Counted from the stretch's first letter, positions 36,443 through 52,400 are shown. The stretch is 64,000 nt of DNA from Tubulanus polymorphus (GCF_964204645.1 NC_134029.1:24546950-24610949), one strand, 5' to 3'. A program made the numbers and translations. The notes: generated by a model not told the origin, from the sequence alone.

Positions 36443-36650
36443 TAACCCTAACCCTAGCCTCGAACCCGGGCTTCCAACATGCCAGCCGAGCACGCTAACC
36501 ACTAGACCACGGAGTTCTAGTGACTGTCGAAGTTTGTAAGTTCCGGTCAGTGTGATGACCATTCAGCTTTGGTAACTGGTGACCAGTCAGGTGTGGTGAC
36601 CAGTTACCAGTCAGGTGTGGTAACTGGTGACCAGTGACCTGTCAGGTATG
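36443..36650 (-). mobile_element. tRNA-related interspersed repeat with TTAGGG tail (copy 2)
   Basis: Same leader, GTGGTCTAGTGGTTAGCGTGCTCGG, CCCGGGTTCGAGGC, then TAGGGTTAGGGTTA; short GGTGACCAGT subrepeats upstream. Confidence 0.7.
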
Positions 36651-37758
36651 GTGGCTCTATTCATTAACAGTACCCGCTATCATACTAGAATTTCTAATTT
36701 TTGTCAAATTTCTCTAATTTGTCAAAATTCTACGAGCACAGTTTAAATGTTTGTCAGACTCTAGGGGCTTGTCATTCAATTAGCCAGAATTAACTAAAGA
36801 TATCAAATACTCTTCGATATCAAAGGAGATTCTGAAGCCTTGATATCTCATCCAGAAACCTCTGAAATTTCAATTTCTAATCTCAAATTATAAACCATTG
36901 AAAAACAGAGTCTTTCAAGTTTCATTTTCTATTCAAGCCTCATTACATAATAATCAATGAGTGATATCCCGGGAACTGAGGGGATAACCGGGCTGGTACT
37001 GGGGAGATACCCCGGCGGGTACTGGGGGTATACCCCGGCGGGTACTGGGAGATACCCCGGTGGGTACTGGGGAGATACCCCGGCAGGTAGTGACGGGATA
37101 CCCCGGCGGGTACTGAGGAGGTACCCTCAAATCTATATTGTCAAATATCTACGATCTATGAATTTATTCCTTTAAATGAAAGAAGTTGTTGTTTTTGAGA
37201 GACTGGGTTTGGTGTGTATCTCACTACAAATCGGACACAGTTCAATGTGAAGTATTAACTATAATATTCATAGAGCTCTTATTCGAGTTGAGTCATGTTG
37301 ACCTGTCGGTTAATGAAAAGATTGGCTAGCTTGATTTTTTCAGTGTCTCATCAGTGAACGGGGTTTAATGATGTTCATCGTTCCCGCTGTGGTGGAATAA
37401 ATGTCGCTTTGTGTTTGGGTTTTTGTGGAATCTGGCTCTCGTCTGCTCTCGGCTGCTGCTGCTGCTGGTATTGTCCCGTACAAAGCGGCAGCGCGGATGA
37501 ATCTTTTATGAAAAATTGTCTCCCTCAATTTGTGCGGCGGATGAACATAACGCCAATATTCGTGACTCGGTTTTTGGGATAAGAATCGAATTAACCGCCG
37601 TACAACTAAGATACATGTCATTTTAGTAGGTCTTAATTTTGTAACATGAACAGCATTTTAAGATTGTGTTTGAAATGTTTAAAATTGCTGAAAAAAATAA
37701 CAAGAACAAAGTAAGAATTCCTCCTGGATTTCAGGCGAAGATAAACGATTTTACATCA

Positions 37759-37893
37759 GGATCCAGTTCCACAGTTCCGTGTTAAGGTCTGACTCTTGAG
37801 TTAACTCATCGCAAATGAACTAATTTTTACAGGGTTTACTCATAATTCTGAGTTCAGAGTTAACTCTTATTCACAACCCGTGGAACTGGATCC
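37759..37893. mobile_element. MITE, GGATCCAGTTCCAC TIR family
   Basis: Perfect 14-bp TIR GGATCCAGTTCCAC / GTGGAACTGGATCC; internal GAGTTAACTC motifs are shared with the 19235 copy. Confidence 0.7.
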
Positions 37894-40239
37894 AAGATAA
37901 TCTTTTCAAATTTAGGTTTGGTTGTTTTTGCGTCGCGGAAGAATTAACGATATAACAACATGACGTATAGACAGTGAAGGTTTTCACATATAGGACACGG
38001 TGATGAGATCCACACAGTCCCTGTACCTCACATACAGGACACGGTGATGAGATCCACACAGTCCCTGTACCTCACATACAGGACACAGTGATGAGATGCA
38101 CAAAGTCCGTGCACCTCACAGTACATGAAACCCCACGTGTCACGTTACTCTACATGATTTAATAAGGCTTCACGCGGCCTCAAACTTCTCGCTAAGTATT
38201 TTTGTGTATCTCGTTATGGTATTTTTTTCCTGATGACCCAGGTGTTGTATCCTCGGGGTATAACCGGTTTATATTACACCCACAGAGCCGTGACACTATA
38301 CCTCGCGCTCAACCCCGCGTCGTTCTCGCTGTTATTAATGTCTCAAAAATCGAGCGATTTTACGCGGAAACTTTGTCAGTGATTATCAGCTCATGTTCAC
38401 CTTTCTCTCGGGGATAATTGTATAACCAATAAATGACACAAAAAATTATTCGAAAGTTTTTTTTTTTCACACGATTAACTGAAAATCAATGAGTATCTAA
38501 AAAATATGGATTTACCACGCATCTAGACCGAATAGTCTGCTCGCAAATCGTTCAGAGCTTTATCACTGATAACCCCAAAGATATTCTTCACCTTATAAAT
38601 CTGGCGCTGCTTTTTCTGGTCCTAGTTCCTCAGTTGTAATTCTATCTTGGATCTAGAATCACGACGCCGGGCTCCACTATTTCACCCATCCTGCGATGAA
38701 GGGATAGAAATTGTCTGAACAATAAAACTGAAGAATATCTCGAAGTTTCTGCTGGTACAATATTTGATCTGATGGCGTGTCTATTTTAATTACCGTTTCG
38801 TATTAAAATCGCTTCGTTCGGTTCTAATTGCGGTTTCATGAAACTGGAGTGAACCGCCGCCGAGCGCGCACACCGCGGCGCGGCGGCACACCGCCACCGA
38901 CCGGCGCCGCACACGAGCGCACCAGTATAATAGATAATGAATGTTTGAAGTATTCGGGTGGTGATTAGTCGCTGCCGCAAAATGTCTTTCATTTAAAAAG
39001 TTAGAAAATTAAGATTCGTTTTACTGGAGGCAGTCGTGATTGCAGTCGATCCTGCCACTTCCTCCGACTTCTCCCGACTCACGCTTTATCATACTTCATT
39101 AACAGACAAAAAGTAAACGTCTCTTGTATTTCCCCCCGTTAGCTGTTTGTCGACGCGTCTCGCGGTTCCTAACAATTAATTTCTATCTCGGAGCCACGTT
39201 TTAATGAAAAGTGGAGACGTTTCCCGCGAACTAACCGCATTTTCGTTCTCGATCCATCGGCGGATCGAACACCCGCGACGTCTTTATCGCCGCACCGACC
39301 AGAAATGAGCGACGGAATTCTTGTTTGCGCGTGAATCAATCCGAAAAGAAAATTCCCGACAAAAACGCGTGAAATACAGCTGAACGCATTGATGGAAAGA
39401 TGATGTCTTTGTCAGTGGGATGATTTCACTGATATTGATCCTATTTTGAAGAGATCTGATAGCTTCACCGCACGTTCACTCATCCACTCTCACACACTCG
39501 CACAATGAAACTTTCTCGTGTATTAATTACAGATATTGATAAAACTGAAAACTTAACCGAACAAGCGAGAACAGATTATATCTGCACAGATCTATCCGTG
39601 TCACTGAGATTCCTGATATTTCAGAAAACCATCTCTAACTATCGATACCGACCTAGTTATATCATTCGGTTATTTTCCATTGTCATTTTTTTAAGTTTAA
39701 TATCAGTAACTGCTGCTGTATCGCGCCCAGCTTCAAGAAGAAGTTGAACTCAAATTTTTGTTTTAAGCCGTATTGGCAACTTCTTGTTTTCAATGAGGAA
39801 AAACAGTTACAATTTCGTCGTTTTAAGCTTTTCATAACGCCGCAGACTCAGACCTACTACACGAGCTACAGAATGAAACTATAGTGACTTTCATGAGGAT
39901 TCCATGTAAATTCTTGTAGGCCCAAAGGAGTGGGATCATCAGACTTTTGGCCAATGATGTGCCTAAACCGACCTCCCTCACCTGCCTTCAGTTTAGTTGA
40001 TAATTTGATTGAAATTTCGCGAATCCGTGAATAGATTTCGGTATCGCGGGGTGAGGGGGGATTCTCATGATTCTTCATTCACTGCCTGTTTGAAACCAAT
40101 CTTTCATTCACAGTTTACGTTTTGTCGCAAATATTAGATTAACAGTGAATTCTATTCATGTCGTCACCAGTCGCCATCACCGCGACCATCATCATCCAAA
40201 TTCGATTATCAATTATTCTGATTTGGTAATTTTAGCCAT

Positions 40240-40281
<42 letters not shown>

Positions 40282-43200
40282 CTGTCCACGAGTCATTATC
40301 GTTTTTACCAGATATAAATTTTCAACCGCGACATAAATAACTAGCGAATAATCAAAGATATTTGACGTGTCCTGATGACTTTGAATGTAGATTAATTTAA
40401 GACTTAGAAACGTGCACTGGCACGCGTGGTTATTCGATATTAACAACACGATCAGGTTCTATTCACATCGAAATCATATTAAAACCGCGATCATTTTCAG
40501 CCTCATTTATTTTATGGGTTTTTGTGCGTAAACAGATGAATAAGAATCGCGCTCGACCGACTGAGCGCCAGTGAACGTGAGATATCAACTTTAAACAGGA
40601 TTTCAGCCCGAGTCTGAAATATTACCATATGAACAGATCTAGTTATATCCGTACCTTTTTAGTACCCAAATATCTAATTGCAATAGAATTAATAATTTAA
40701 GGTAAATCATAAGAAAATTTCATTACTTTCCATGGTAGGTGGAGGGAAGAAATATATATTTGTTTATACGAAGGGGGAAAAACAAATCATTTAAAAACAT
40801 TAACAAGTTTATATACAATATTTACATACTGAAAGGATAAGGATTTTATTTACACTCTAACCATTTATCGAGGGAGACTATAAGATATACAATATTCGAT
40901 ATTTACAATATTTATTTGAAGTTGAACAGCGCACTCTGGTGGACCCTTGGTGAACTCTCAGCTACTGTACAATTTTTTAAAAAAGAATTATGTTTCTGTA
41001 TTTCAAGATTCGGTTATGAATCATCGTGAACACGATGTTTTTGTTTTCTCTACGATTCTTTACAATTTGATTGATTGAAATGAATACGCTACGAAGCAAA
41101 GGTTCTGATTAGAGCGGCACTCCGGGTCGAATAAAGACTGCAGAATGTGACATAAATAGCGGTTCGCGCGGCGTCGCTCTTAAATTTAACGGGCGCCAAA
41201 ATTAATGCTGATTGCGCAGTTTCGGATTAATGTTTATTATCGTCAGCTTGCATAATAAACGCGACCCGTGACCCCGTCATTGTTTGGCCAACCATCTGAC
41301 TAACCACGTCACAGAAATAAATCACATGATCGTTGACAACTTGCCGTCGAATATATGTGAAACTCGTTCGTTTGGTCGACTGAAATATGACATATAAATT
41401 GGCAATTCATTTTTGTAATTATCGGGCTGCAAGGCTGTGAGATCAGAACTAGGAGAAGTCAGTCGGGTGATTGGATGACACCAGTGTCACGTTCTATCAT
41501 CAGTCATTCTCATATCTGTCCTAAACACTAACACAATTAAACCGTCGATTCACCGCCACCGCAGTTTCTCATAATTATTGTTTATCATTTCAACAATGCT
41601 GTTTCATCGCTGATATATTTCATCCTCTGCTGTGTGCTGTCTGTAAATTACTATACAATTTTTTCCGTCTCATGAATTTTAAAAACCGTCCCACGAAAAC
41701 AATACCAACAGAAATGTCGCTTTGAATATTTTCAAGAAATCGCGTCTTGATTTGTGTTTAAAAATTCGCCATTGCTTCAGGACCAGAAAAGGTGGCTGCC
41801 TACACAAATTTCCATATATGACATCATCAAATTGTCTTCTAGCGATCAGGTTTATAGACAATTCCAAAAAAATTCGATGCCTCCAAAAGTCAGTGCCCTA
41901 TAACATCATAAAATCACCTTGGACCAGTGACTTGTGGAATAACTTGAATAACTATAATTTAAAGATGTCATAGGTGAATAAAGTGAGTAGAATGAAAAAA
42001 AAAACTAGAACAGAATCAGTCGTTTCGGTTCAATTCTATTTATAAATCTGATCATTTTTTTTCATTTTATTGTGGTTTTTCACTTTATTGATACCAGACA
42101 CTCACTTGTCTGGGAATCAAAATATCATAGGTGATTCACGGAAATAGCCATCCCTTCTAGAAGGTATATTTACTTTGCCGCTGCTGTGGCTGTTGTTGTG
42201 ACTGTTGTTGTTATTGTGTTATTGTGAATTGGCGATTAATATTGAAGAGTAAGATCTCGAGTTGTAGTGAGAATATTGAATCGTTCTCACAGAGAAGCGT
42301 CTTGACTCGACTGAACAATTCTTACCGATTTAACGTTCATTTGTAATCCGCCGCAATCAATTCTTCTCTGGAGAGAGAGAGAGTTTTAGGAGAAAATGAG
42401 TTTTGATTTGCGTCATCGAGATAGTGATCAGTTTTGAGGGTTGCTGCTGAAGTAGCATCATTAGAGATGGATTCACGGCTGATGAGGCTGCAAAAACTGT
42501 CTAGTGACAAATGACTGAGTGACGTGGGTCAGATGTCCACGACCCGTGACCACTGACTGTTCTATAATCTTGACTGCTGACTCAAGATCTTACCAACAAA
42601 GGAAACCTTCAATAGCCTATTAAACTGTCATTTTTCATCCGAAGAAAGAACTTTTATTTTCATATCCTGAGCTTTAATTAATTCATGCTCGTTTCTAGTT
42701 TTCGATGAAATGTTTTTGTAGTTGAAATTCGAGTTGAAAATATGTATAAATATTCGGGTCTTGCAAATCGAAGATGATGTGAATTTATCAGGAAATTAAT
42801 TTGTTCGGCAAATTTTACAAAATGTAAAATTTTTTCATTTTCTACGGTCAGTTGTGCGGTTGTTTCAGTACAGAAATGTTCCGTTGTGTGGAAATGTTCG
42901 TTAAATGTTTTGGGAATTCGATCACCTTACATTCAATGATAAAGATAAAACCTGTTATAAAACCTTGGTAATCGAGGAGAGGACTTCAGTAATGTGACGA
43001 TTTATCAAACTTAGAGAATCGTATTGTAAATATGAGTTACGACTCAAAACAGAGACAACTTTAGTAATGTGATGACAGAATCGAAATGACGACTTCTCGT
43101 CAGATTCGATCGTACACTTCGCTTCTTTATATTTCAAATAGTTAGTTATGAAATTGATGACATGTTTTCGAGAGGTTTAAATAAAATCGATCAATGTCAA

Positions 43201-46200
43201 AAGGAAAATGACATCTTCGAAAAAAATAGAATTACGATTGATCGTATCTTGTCACGATACGAATTAAATATTTATTGTTTGAAGCGGATTTAAAGTTTCT
43301 ATGAAAGCGATGCACGTGCCTTCGCCGCTGAATTTCACTCGTAATTACAATTCCGTTGTTTTTTACGCATAAAAGAAATTTGGGTGTGACTCATTTAAAT
43401 CATGCGTGCAAATCGGGCGTCGCTTGAACCGTAGAGCATCCTCTTAGTCGCCTTTTAGTCCTCACTCCCTCGCAGGTGAATTCTAACGGCTACTACTCTT
43501 AATGACTACCGTTACACCTGCTTGTAATGTTTCTCATGCTCAGGGCAGGAAGGATGTTGTGAGTTGTTTTTATCTACAGCCATGGTTCTTTATTTTCCTC
43601 TCTCTCTCTCTCTTCCTCTCTCTCTCTCTCTCTCTCTCTGACTGTCTCTCTCCCTCTCATCTTGTGGTTTTCTGTCTCTCTCTCTCACTCTATCCCACCA
43701 TGCGTTATTAAGTTTTATGACGATCTGTGTAAAAAGAGTAATCATCTAGAACTAGGCCTGTAATTTCAGGCCAAACAAAATCTCACATTGTTTTACTATG
43801 CAAAAAAAGAATTATATCTGCGAAAAACTGCGAGCGATATTCTTTTTTAAACAACTGTGGAATTGTGAATTCAGACTAACTATTAGACCTGCTGGCTTCT
43901 AACTATACGTCGCATCTTTAGTAGCTTTTTCCTGTTTTTATATTATCAAATCTTTATCGGATAAAAAAAACTAAAAAATCTTTAAGTTATATGCTGAAAA
44001 TGCTTATCACAGCCTGAACATTTTCAGTCAAATTGAATAAATTCACCGTTCACTTCATACGTGTGCCGGAAATAGATACGTCCCATTCTATAACGATATT
44101 ATATACTGCAGTCCCTTACGATAATTCTAGCTGCCTACGAAATATCATTTATAAATTGTAAATAAAGGCAATTACACAAAACCGTCGCCAGAAAACGAGT
44201 TATTTCGGTGAAAAACAATAAAGTGACGTCATTGCGCCTTTTTAGTTGCTCATAAGCAATTGTTCACAGTAGCAGAATAAACCACTTTCTGCCACGCGTT
44301 AAATGACCAGTAACTCTTGCGCTTCATCTCACTGAACGTGATCGCGAAAACCACAGAAAATTAAGAAAACGTTATCTTAATAATACGCCACAAAAAACCA
44401 CCGTCTTTTGTTGTCCAGTCCTCATAATATCAGCAGTGCAAATTCCTTTGTGTTCGCTTGTAATTTTTAATCTGTGGTTTTTTGCCACTTAATCACGACC
44501 ATTCCTGTATTATCGTATTAGACTCGCTCATTTTGTGACTGCGCGATTTTTTGTTGTTGTTGAAATATCAAATTGGCGATATCGATATCGATATCTCACG
44601 ATAATCGCGCGATTTAAGAAGTTCTGTCGCGAAAAATGAACAAAGAACGCGGTCATTATTCGGCTCCGTCAGAAAAACAGAGGTAGAGTTTTCCTGTGAA
44701 GACAATGATGTATTTTGTAACGAACTGACCAAGTTGCGCACATATCTTCTTACGAGTTTGAAACTAATAATCCTACTCTTGTTTGTCGTGAGATTCGCCG
44801 GTGGAATTTTTAGCATATCTGCTAATAATGTTCATTTGCTGCTGCTGCCGGGTTCCATCGCGATATCTTCCACATCTAGAGGATTATTTCAAAAATCGAG
44901 AGAAAAACTTCCATCGATAACATTGAATTTACACTGGTCATTTCGTGTGGTCGATTAATTACGCGTAAAGGAGTCGGATAGGAATTATAGAAAAAAACCC
45001 GTTTATATAAAGAATACAATGGACCTGACGAGTATCAGTTTCACGGTCATTTCAGATAGCTGGTTATATGAGTAATTATGTATGAGTATTGGAGTGAGTC
45101 TTTCACGTGCCACCGCTACCTGATCAACCATCACTACTTATCCTTCCTTATTACAATCATATATTATTGTTCTCTTGTCCTGAAATCATGATACGTCCAG
45201 CTTCACTATGTTTATAATTCTGTTTGATCTATCCGATCTACTATTTACTGATACGCCGATAGTTTACATGTATACTCCTCTAGGTCTCCAGTTACTCCGC
45301 TGTCTGTCCGTTCCATTGTCCGAATTCCTTCCATTTTTCAATGTAATCCTCGGCTGTTTTTTCTGTTTTTTACCGCGCTATTTGTAATTTAATATCGCTC
45401 GGACATGCGGCGTGATGTTGCGCAGTTCAAATATCAGCCGAAAATATAAAATTCATACTGTCAAGTTTAGCGGTGCGGTATGTGTGTTATATGATAGAGG
45501 ATTTTACCCAGATCGAGCTCACGTCTATATGTCCACTCTCACCCCCCGTGTGCTCCCCGTGTGCTCCCCGTGTGCCGTACAACTCGTTAGAATATTCTGA
45601 CTTTTATTTTTCAAACATCTATACCGAATTACGCATGAATTATGCTGTAGTTTTAACCTTGAACGAGAAAATGATATCGGTAAAAAACGATATCTATCCA
45701 GCTTAATTTGAATGCGTCGATTGCTTAAACATTTCGGATTCATTTTCCTTTTTGGCATTTTATCAGATGCAGATAATATTCACCCCGACGGCTAAAGCTG
45801 CTGTAGGAACCCGTAACTGTTTGAGTTGAAAAATATCGCGGTTTCAATCGAAGGTGATTCGACCGAAAGGTCATTTGATAAATTCGTTGAGATTATTGCA
45901 GGTGGATTCGTTGAGATTATTGCAGGTGGATTCGTTGAGATTATTGCAGGTTGATTCGCCTGGTGAATTTTGAATATTAAAATGAACGGTGATTATTAAT
46001 GGGAGGCTTGTTCAATGATCTGACACCGTCATAGACCACTTCTCACTTATTCTACAAAATCAGAATTAATGACAGAATTATCGAGACTAAAAGCTTACGT
46101 CGATTAAATATATTTTCGCCGATATGAGAGCTGTGTAAGTGGTGGCGGTGATACTAGACCCGGTACCGCACACTCCCGTGCTACATATAAACAGCTTAAT

Positions 46201-47672
46201 GATTAAAAAATTACTGACCTCAAATCAAAAATACTGAAATAGTTACGCCTTGAATATTGCTTTATCAGAGTTAATGAATCGAAAAGAGTTTTCAATAGAA
46301 TGATGTAAAATTTGTCATTTATAAATGGATGGGGCAAATATACTTACAGTGTATAAGTGCAGAGGTTAGTATCAGCGATAGGAAACTACATTATGTCAAT
46401 TTAACTTATTATTTTTCGATGAAATTCACATTTTCATATCGGATTCATCAGAATAATGGAAAATGATTTCATGAAAATATCTAATTTGATTGAAGAATTG
46501 AAGGAGGTGTTATTTAAACAATCTGTGTCGCAATATCTAAGCTAAAATTCCTGCGCACCAAGAATGAAATGAGTCCGAAATGTTTCCGTGAGCTAGTGTT
46601 ATCTATTCAACGTTACACTGATGTCTGTATTGTAACGATAATATAGAAAAAATCCACATAAAAAGAAGGGAAAATTAGATTTGTTTACAACTGTTTTAAT
46701 GCTGTATATTATTACCCCTAGTTTGTATCACATATTACTTAATCAGTCTTTAAGATCTGGATTGTATAAATATACTTCGTAATTCTGCTATAAAGATAGT
46801 ATTCCTGAAGGCAACTATTGGGATAAAGTCGAAAAGTTTAAAATAAACCATTGATTAAAGGAAACCTTTCCGGACTTGTTCTTATTGTGAGATTTAACTT
46901 TATCCTTTTTTTGTATTAACGAAATCAAGAAAGCGACTACTCGAAAATATCGAATATCATCAGAGGTGATTTCATAATATCTGGTGGCTTGTAATAAAAT
47001 CGAAATCAATGGGACCATATTTCATTAATGTGTGAGATTTTTATCACCCTGTAAGGAGTTTGTTCAGTAATATCGGATTGCGGTTGTAACCACTAATGCG
47101 TATTAAACTGACTCTTAAGGGAGACATGTTTCAGTATAGCGCGGTGAGAGCTGCGACAATTAATGATTCAAAATCAACTTAAAATCGTCTTCGTGTCGCG
47201 TTATATTTCACTGAGCCGACGATTTATTTATTCGTGTAATTTTAATGGTTGCATATATCTGCAATCTTGAGATAAAATTCTAATGATGATTTTATGATGA
47301 TTTTAAAACCACAACAGAGACAATAATTTCGTATCGGAATTAATTTGTAGCCATGAAATTTGGAATTAATGGAAACTACAAATTGAAATGAATTCGGCGA
47401 GTGTGCGAACTGACGTGGGAAATAATAACAATAAAACTAACTATTCACAAAATTAAAAAAAGAATTGAAACATATAAAAACTAATTTTGTTTATTTACTC
47501 AAACATTAAGAAACACGAAGTTTCACAATCTCGTCAGATTATCGTCAGCTCTCGTCTCATATCGTTTTATTATCGTGGTTGATAAGAACAGTGAATCCTG
47601 TAACCCTTGTGAAAATTAAAGTCCCATAATACGATAAAATCTCACAACACCAAATTATTCTGAAATGGGCCA

Positions 47673-47730
47673 GAGTTTATTTTGATGTTTCGACGACTAT
47701 TTTCCTAACGGTCATCTTCAGGAATACTGA
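47673..47730 (-). ncRNA. Minimal hammerhead ribozyme-like motif (degenerate copy)
   Basis: Minus strand TCAGTATTC-CTGAAGA-TGACCGTTAGGAAAATAGTC(GTC)-GAAA-CATC-AAAATA. The core boxes CUGANGA and GAAA are intact; the stems are partly decayed. Confidence 0.45.
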
Positions 47731-49368
47731 ATTATAAAGAGCCCTGTAAACCTTTGAGTCGATCAGAGTCCAGAACCTTCGTGTCTAAAGACAGACACTA
47801 TGTCAACATTTCTGCCCTTATTGCCTTCTTATAAAACTACAGTGAACTAAGGTGAATTCGGGCTCCGATCTACGAACAAAAGATTCATCCGTATTAATGC
47901 GAGGTTCATCCCCGATACACGTTAAGCTCGCCGTAACTCTGCATAATTGAGGCCATAGGTCAGTGATAATATTGCTCATTTTTCAGCCGGCAGTTTTCAA
48001 TGCGCTGCTGTGTGCGTCGATCCCCTGTGAGCTGAGCGCGATCTGTCGCCGTTTCTGACAGAAAATGACACTGAATTCTTTTGTGAAAATGTTCGCTCAT
48101 TAAAGGAAAAGGATGCGCCGCGATAAGACGCTTTATATCTCGCACAAAGGACGGGCTACTTAGAAAAAACTGGCGGATTCATCTGAGTCCATTGTCCGTT
48201 CACTGATCACATATGTTATCCTAGTCAATATTCGACAAGTTACATCCTTGATGTTGGCGGTTACGAGGACGGATTAATGAAAATAAAGGATTGCGGTTTG
48301 AATTTCAGAATAGAGCGGTCTTCGGTAATTCTAACATCAACTCACAACGCGCGACAGCGGCATCAGCGGCATCGCAATCTCTTCTCATCGTCGTCTCTTC
48401 TTTCATCTGCTGGTATTCACTGAGCTCTATCTCCCCTCCCTCTCTCCTCCGCGCGCGTTAGCTGCCGCTCTCTCCGTCTTATTGACAGATCCTGTATTCT
48501 TCTTCAATAATCTCTGTATAAAAGATCATCAACATAGTTTTAGAATAATCCCTGAAATGTATGCGAGTAGTAAAGTTTTAATCCATCGATTCAACCGAAT
48601 CACACATTCACATTCAGAACGGCGCTTATTTCATTAAATCGGGGTTAAAAACGTGGAAAGATTCGACACAAGAAACATCTAAATATTCATGAAATATAAG
48701 TTTATTCGGAGGTCTTCCACTTGTGTTTTTAATCTTCAAAAAGACTTTTTTAATTACTAGTAGAATTTGTTCAAACAACGCGATTGATATTTATAATACC
48801 CGCTGTCCTTTCATCCATAAAACCCGTAAACCTGATCTAGATATCGTTTCGTCGTGGGTTTATGTAAAATGTTTCGAGTGATTTCTCTATTTTTCAGCTG
48901 ATTTTAGTCGCCGGATTTATAAACCAGGTCCGTACTTTGTGCTGTCGGAGTGAAGCTGTTGTCGGGGTATTATTCCTCCATTGTCACCCCGTCATTTCAG
49001 AAGTGCATTAACAATTTGTGCCGCTTTGTTTTTTTGCGACCGCATATAAAAAATATGAATAAAACATGATTCGTGTCATTTCAGATTTTTTTCTCTGAGC
49101 GTCTGGGAGCTTTTTTTCTCGTGCTTGCCTCACAACGAGTAAAATCTCTGAGTTCTGTTACTCGAACGACTGAAAACGGTCTCCTAACTGGGACTGGGCT
49201 TTCATTATTCCGTTACTTAATATTTCAAAATTTCCATGTTTGTCGTGTGTTTCTATTCTCTGAGATCAAGTATGTCTGTCTGTCGGCGGAGTGGTGGTGA
49301 TGGTGGTGCAACTATTTTTCTGTTGATTTTGATTGCAGCTGAAGTTCCTCTGATAACAGGGAATTGTC

Positions 49369-49487
<119 letters not shown>

Positions 49488-52400
49488 GGTCTACCAGTAA
49501 TGGGAGGAGGTACCTCGCTATTGTAATAACACGTTTGTCCCCAGCCCGAATATTTGAGTAAGACGCTCAGCTCGCGGCGATGCGGGCAAAATGAGTGTCA
49601 TCATCACCGTGCTATTTCATTAAACCCAGAGGTGTATGCTGGCCACCCGCCCGCCAGCCAGCCAGCCTGCCAGCCTGCCAGCCTGCCAGCTCGCCTCACA
49701 ATAATTATATTCATGTTAACTAGTAAGATGCATTTTTCGACGGCTAAGATTATTACTCACGGGCGGGTAGACGAGTAATTGCGGGTTTGGCTTGTTTTCT
49801 TAGCAAGAAAAATGTGGATAATGACACATGTCTGAATTCTTTTTGTCACCGCGACAGAAATTACGGAATGTTTTCGCTTCATTTGTTTAATCGAGAAAAC
49901 ATTATTCTGAATATAAATGACACGACGGATCAGGTGTGGATTGAACAATACTTCGTGGTTGAAACATCGGTTTCTTGTAAATTAGAACGTGTGAAGGCGT
50001 CGTTTACAACGACTCATCAGCTCCTCATTCATGGCGCGTTTATAACGACAGAAATATGAAGAAGATCATGAAATTTCATTTTGAATCAGACCCTAAAAAT
50101 GGGTGGATATATCATTCTTATTTTCATCTGTTTTTATGGAAATTCCTGAATTGTGTTCCATGGTTTTTTTCTGTTATATCACTGCATCATTAAACACATA
50201 CAAAATAATCTGATATAATTATTTCTGGTCCTCGCGAGAGAACTCACTATCAGCACATTATAGAAAATCCCTGCACAATTAGAATAAAACGAGTCCTAAA
50301 TATTTCTTTGAGTTAATAATTTATTCGACGTTTTGACTTTATCCTAGTAGACATCATGAGGGATACTAAATAGTGACGATGACTTCAAGCATATATTCGA
50401 AACGTCGAATAAACTACACAGCTCAAGGAAACATTATGCACTCTTTCATTCTTACTCATTTTATAGCTTGTTGCAACACGGATTCTGGGTGTTTCGTCAA
50501 TGGTTATGATAAGGACAACATCAGTATTCCTGAAGATGACTTTAAACGCCGAATAATATTAGCAGGAAACATTTCGGGCTGTTTTCATTCTTAATTTGGG
50601 ATTTTGTTTCATCTTCACAACACGGACTCAAAGTGGTTTTTATTATCATGCACCTCTTCCTCAAATTCATCCACATTCTTCTTTCATGTTAGTTGATTTA
50701 TTCATATATGTTTATAGTGTGTTCTGTATGAGCGATTATTCGGATTATCATCCAGCAGAGATCAATCGTCGCTGGATCGCTTCATGTCCGCTCAAATTGT
50801 ACATAATTGCACGAAAGTGTCTTGTATTTTGTCAGCGATAACAACTGACCACTTAAACTGGACAGTAAACGCCATTGACGGTCGGACAGCGGATAATACT
50901 GACCGCTCGACTGAGCCGCCGCTAAATGCGCATCATATTGTCTCTTATTAAACATAATCAAAACCTTATTGTTACGATTGATAAAAATGTGACAAATTGC
51001 TATCAGCGCTAGGAATGAAAGATGTTTGACTGATTGTTCATGAATGCGGTTAGTCGTCGCCGCCGCCGCCGCTATTGACCATTGTGTCTTTATTCTTTAG
51101 ATCGAATCAATTCTCTTTTATTACAATGATAGAAATTGCTGCTAATTGTTTCTCGTAGATCCTTTGATTAAAACAGACAGTTATAGTTTTCATCGTATGG
51201 AATTCGACAAACTGTAAAAACCGAAACCTCAGTTGCGAGGGTGGGCTATATTTTATATTATACCCTACAAAAAGGTTCCGATTCTAATTTCAGGCAACGA
51301 GTAGAAAATCAATGAAAGAATTATAATCCAAATAAATAAAAGATCACAATGAAAACCACGTGAATTAACTGTTATTTTACTGGGTTTTTTTATGTATCAA
51401 TGTCTTTTTAAAGTTATATTCATTTCATTAAAACTTTGAAGGTGAACTTGATTTTATTTAAACTTTATAACTTGCTTTTATTAAAATCTTGAAGTTTAAA
51501 TTCATTTTATTAAAATTTTGAAGGTTAAATTGATTTTAGTAAAACTTTGAAAGATAACTTTATTTTATCAAAACTTTGAAGGTTAACTTTATCTTATTAA
51601 AAACTTTGAAGTTGAATTTGTTTGTAAACTCTGAGAGTAGAAATCTATATTCCAAAATTCATTAATTATCCGATGAGAAATGAGTGAATAGAGGTTTATA
51701 CCGCAGTCACACGGAGCTGCTGCTGATGTTGATGATGCTGATGATGATTTAGAAGACACTCTTTGATCAGTAAGTCGCGTTATACGGAAGTTGATCTGTT
51801 ATTGTGAAAACCACATCAAAGCAAACTCTCCGGAATTAACGATGAAAAAGCTAATTTTGTATCATGTATCCTGAATCCTTATAGATGAAAAGGTATCATT
51901 GATCATTGATCATATATCTATATCTGAAGCTATTTTGATATCAAACACGTAGCTGCTGCTGCTGCTGCTGACTATAGTTATCTCTGCTCCAATCGTCACG
52001 TTGATCTGTAGTCTCGAATCCATCTCCAGTCACCAGTGTTATTGATAAAAATTAAGCTTTATAATTAATAGGGCTAGTTACACCACGTCGAGAGGGAGAG
52101 AGGTAGAGAGAGACTGAGGAGAGAGGAGAGAGAATGTTGTCATCACGAAGAAAATTTAATTAAAAACCTTCCCTCAGAACTTTGTCAGGATTAATTAATC
52201 GCGATATGCGTGACTTTGAAGTGCATTGAGAGCGCTGACGGAGGGAAGACTGACCCTTGGCCTTTACTGCACGTTTTCCTGCCAGGCATGAAAATCTGGA
52301 TTGAAAGACTTAGCGGTAAAATAATGAATTTAATTACAACCATGCGCCAGAGTTGACAAGCGGGGGGTCCCGGTGACATTATGCCTAGTCGAATAGGTCG

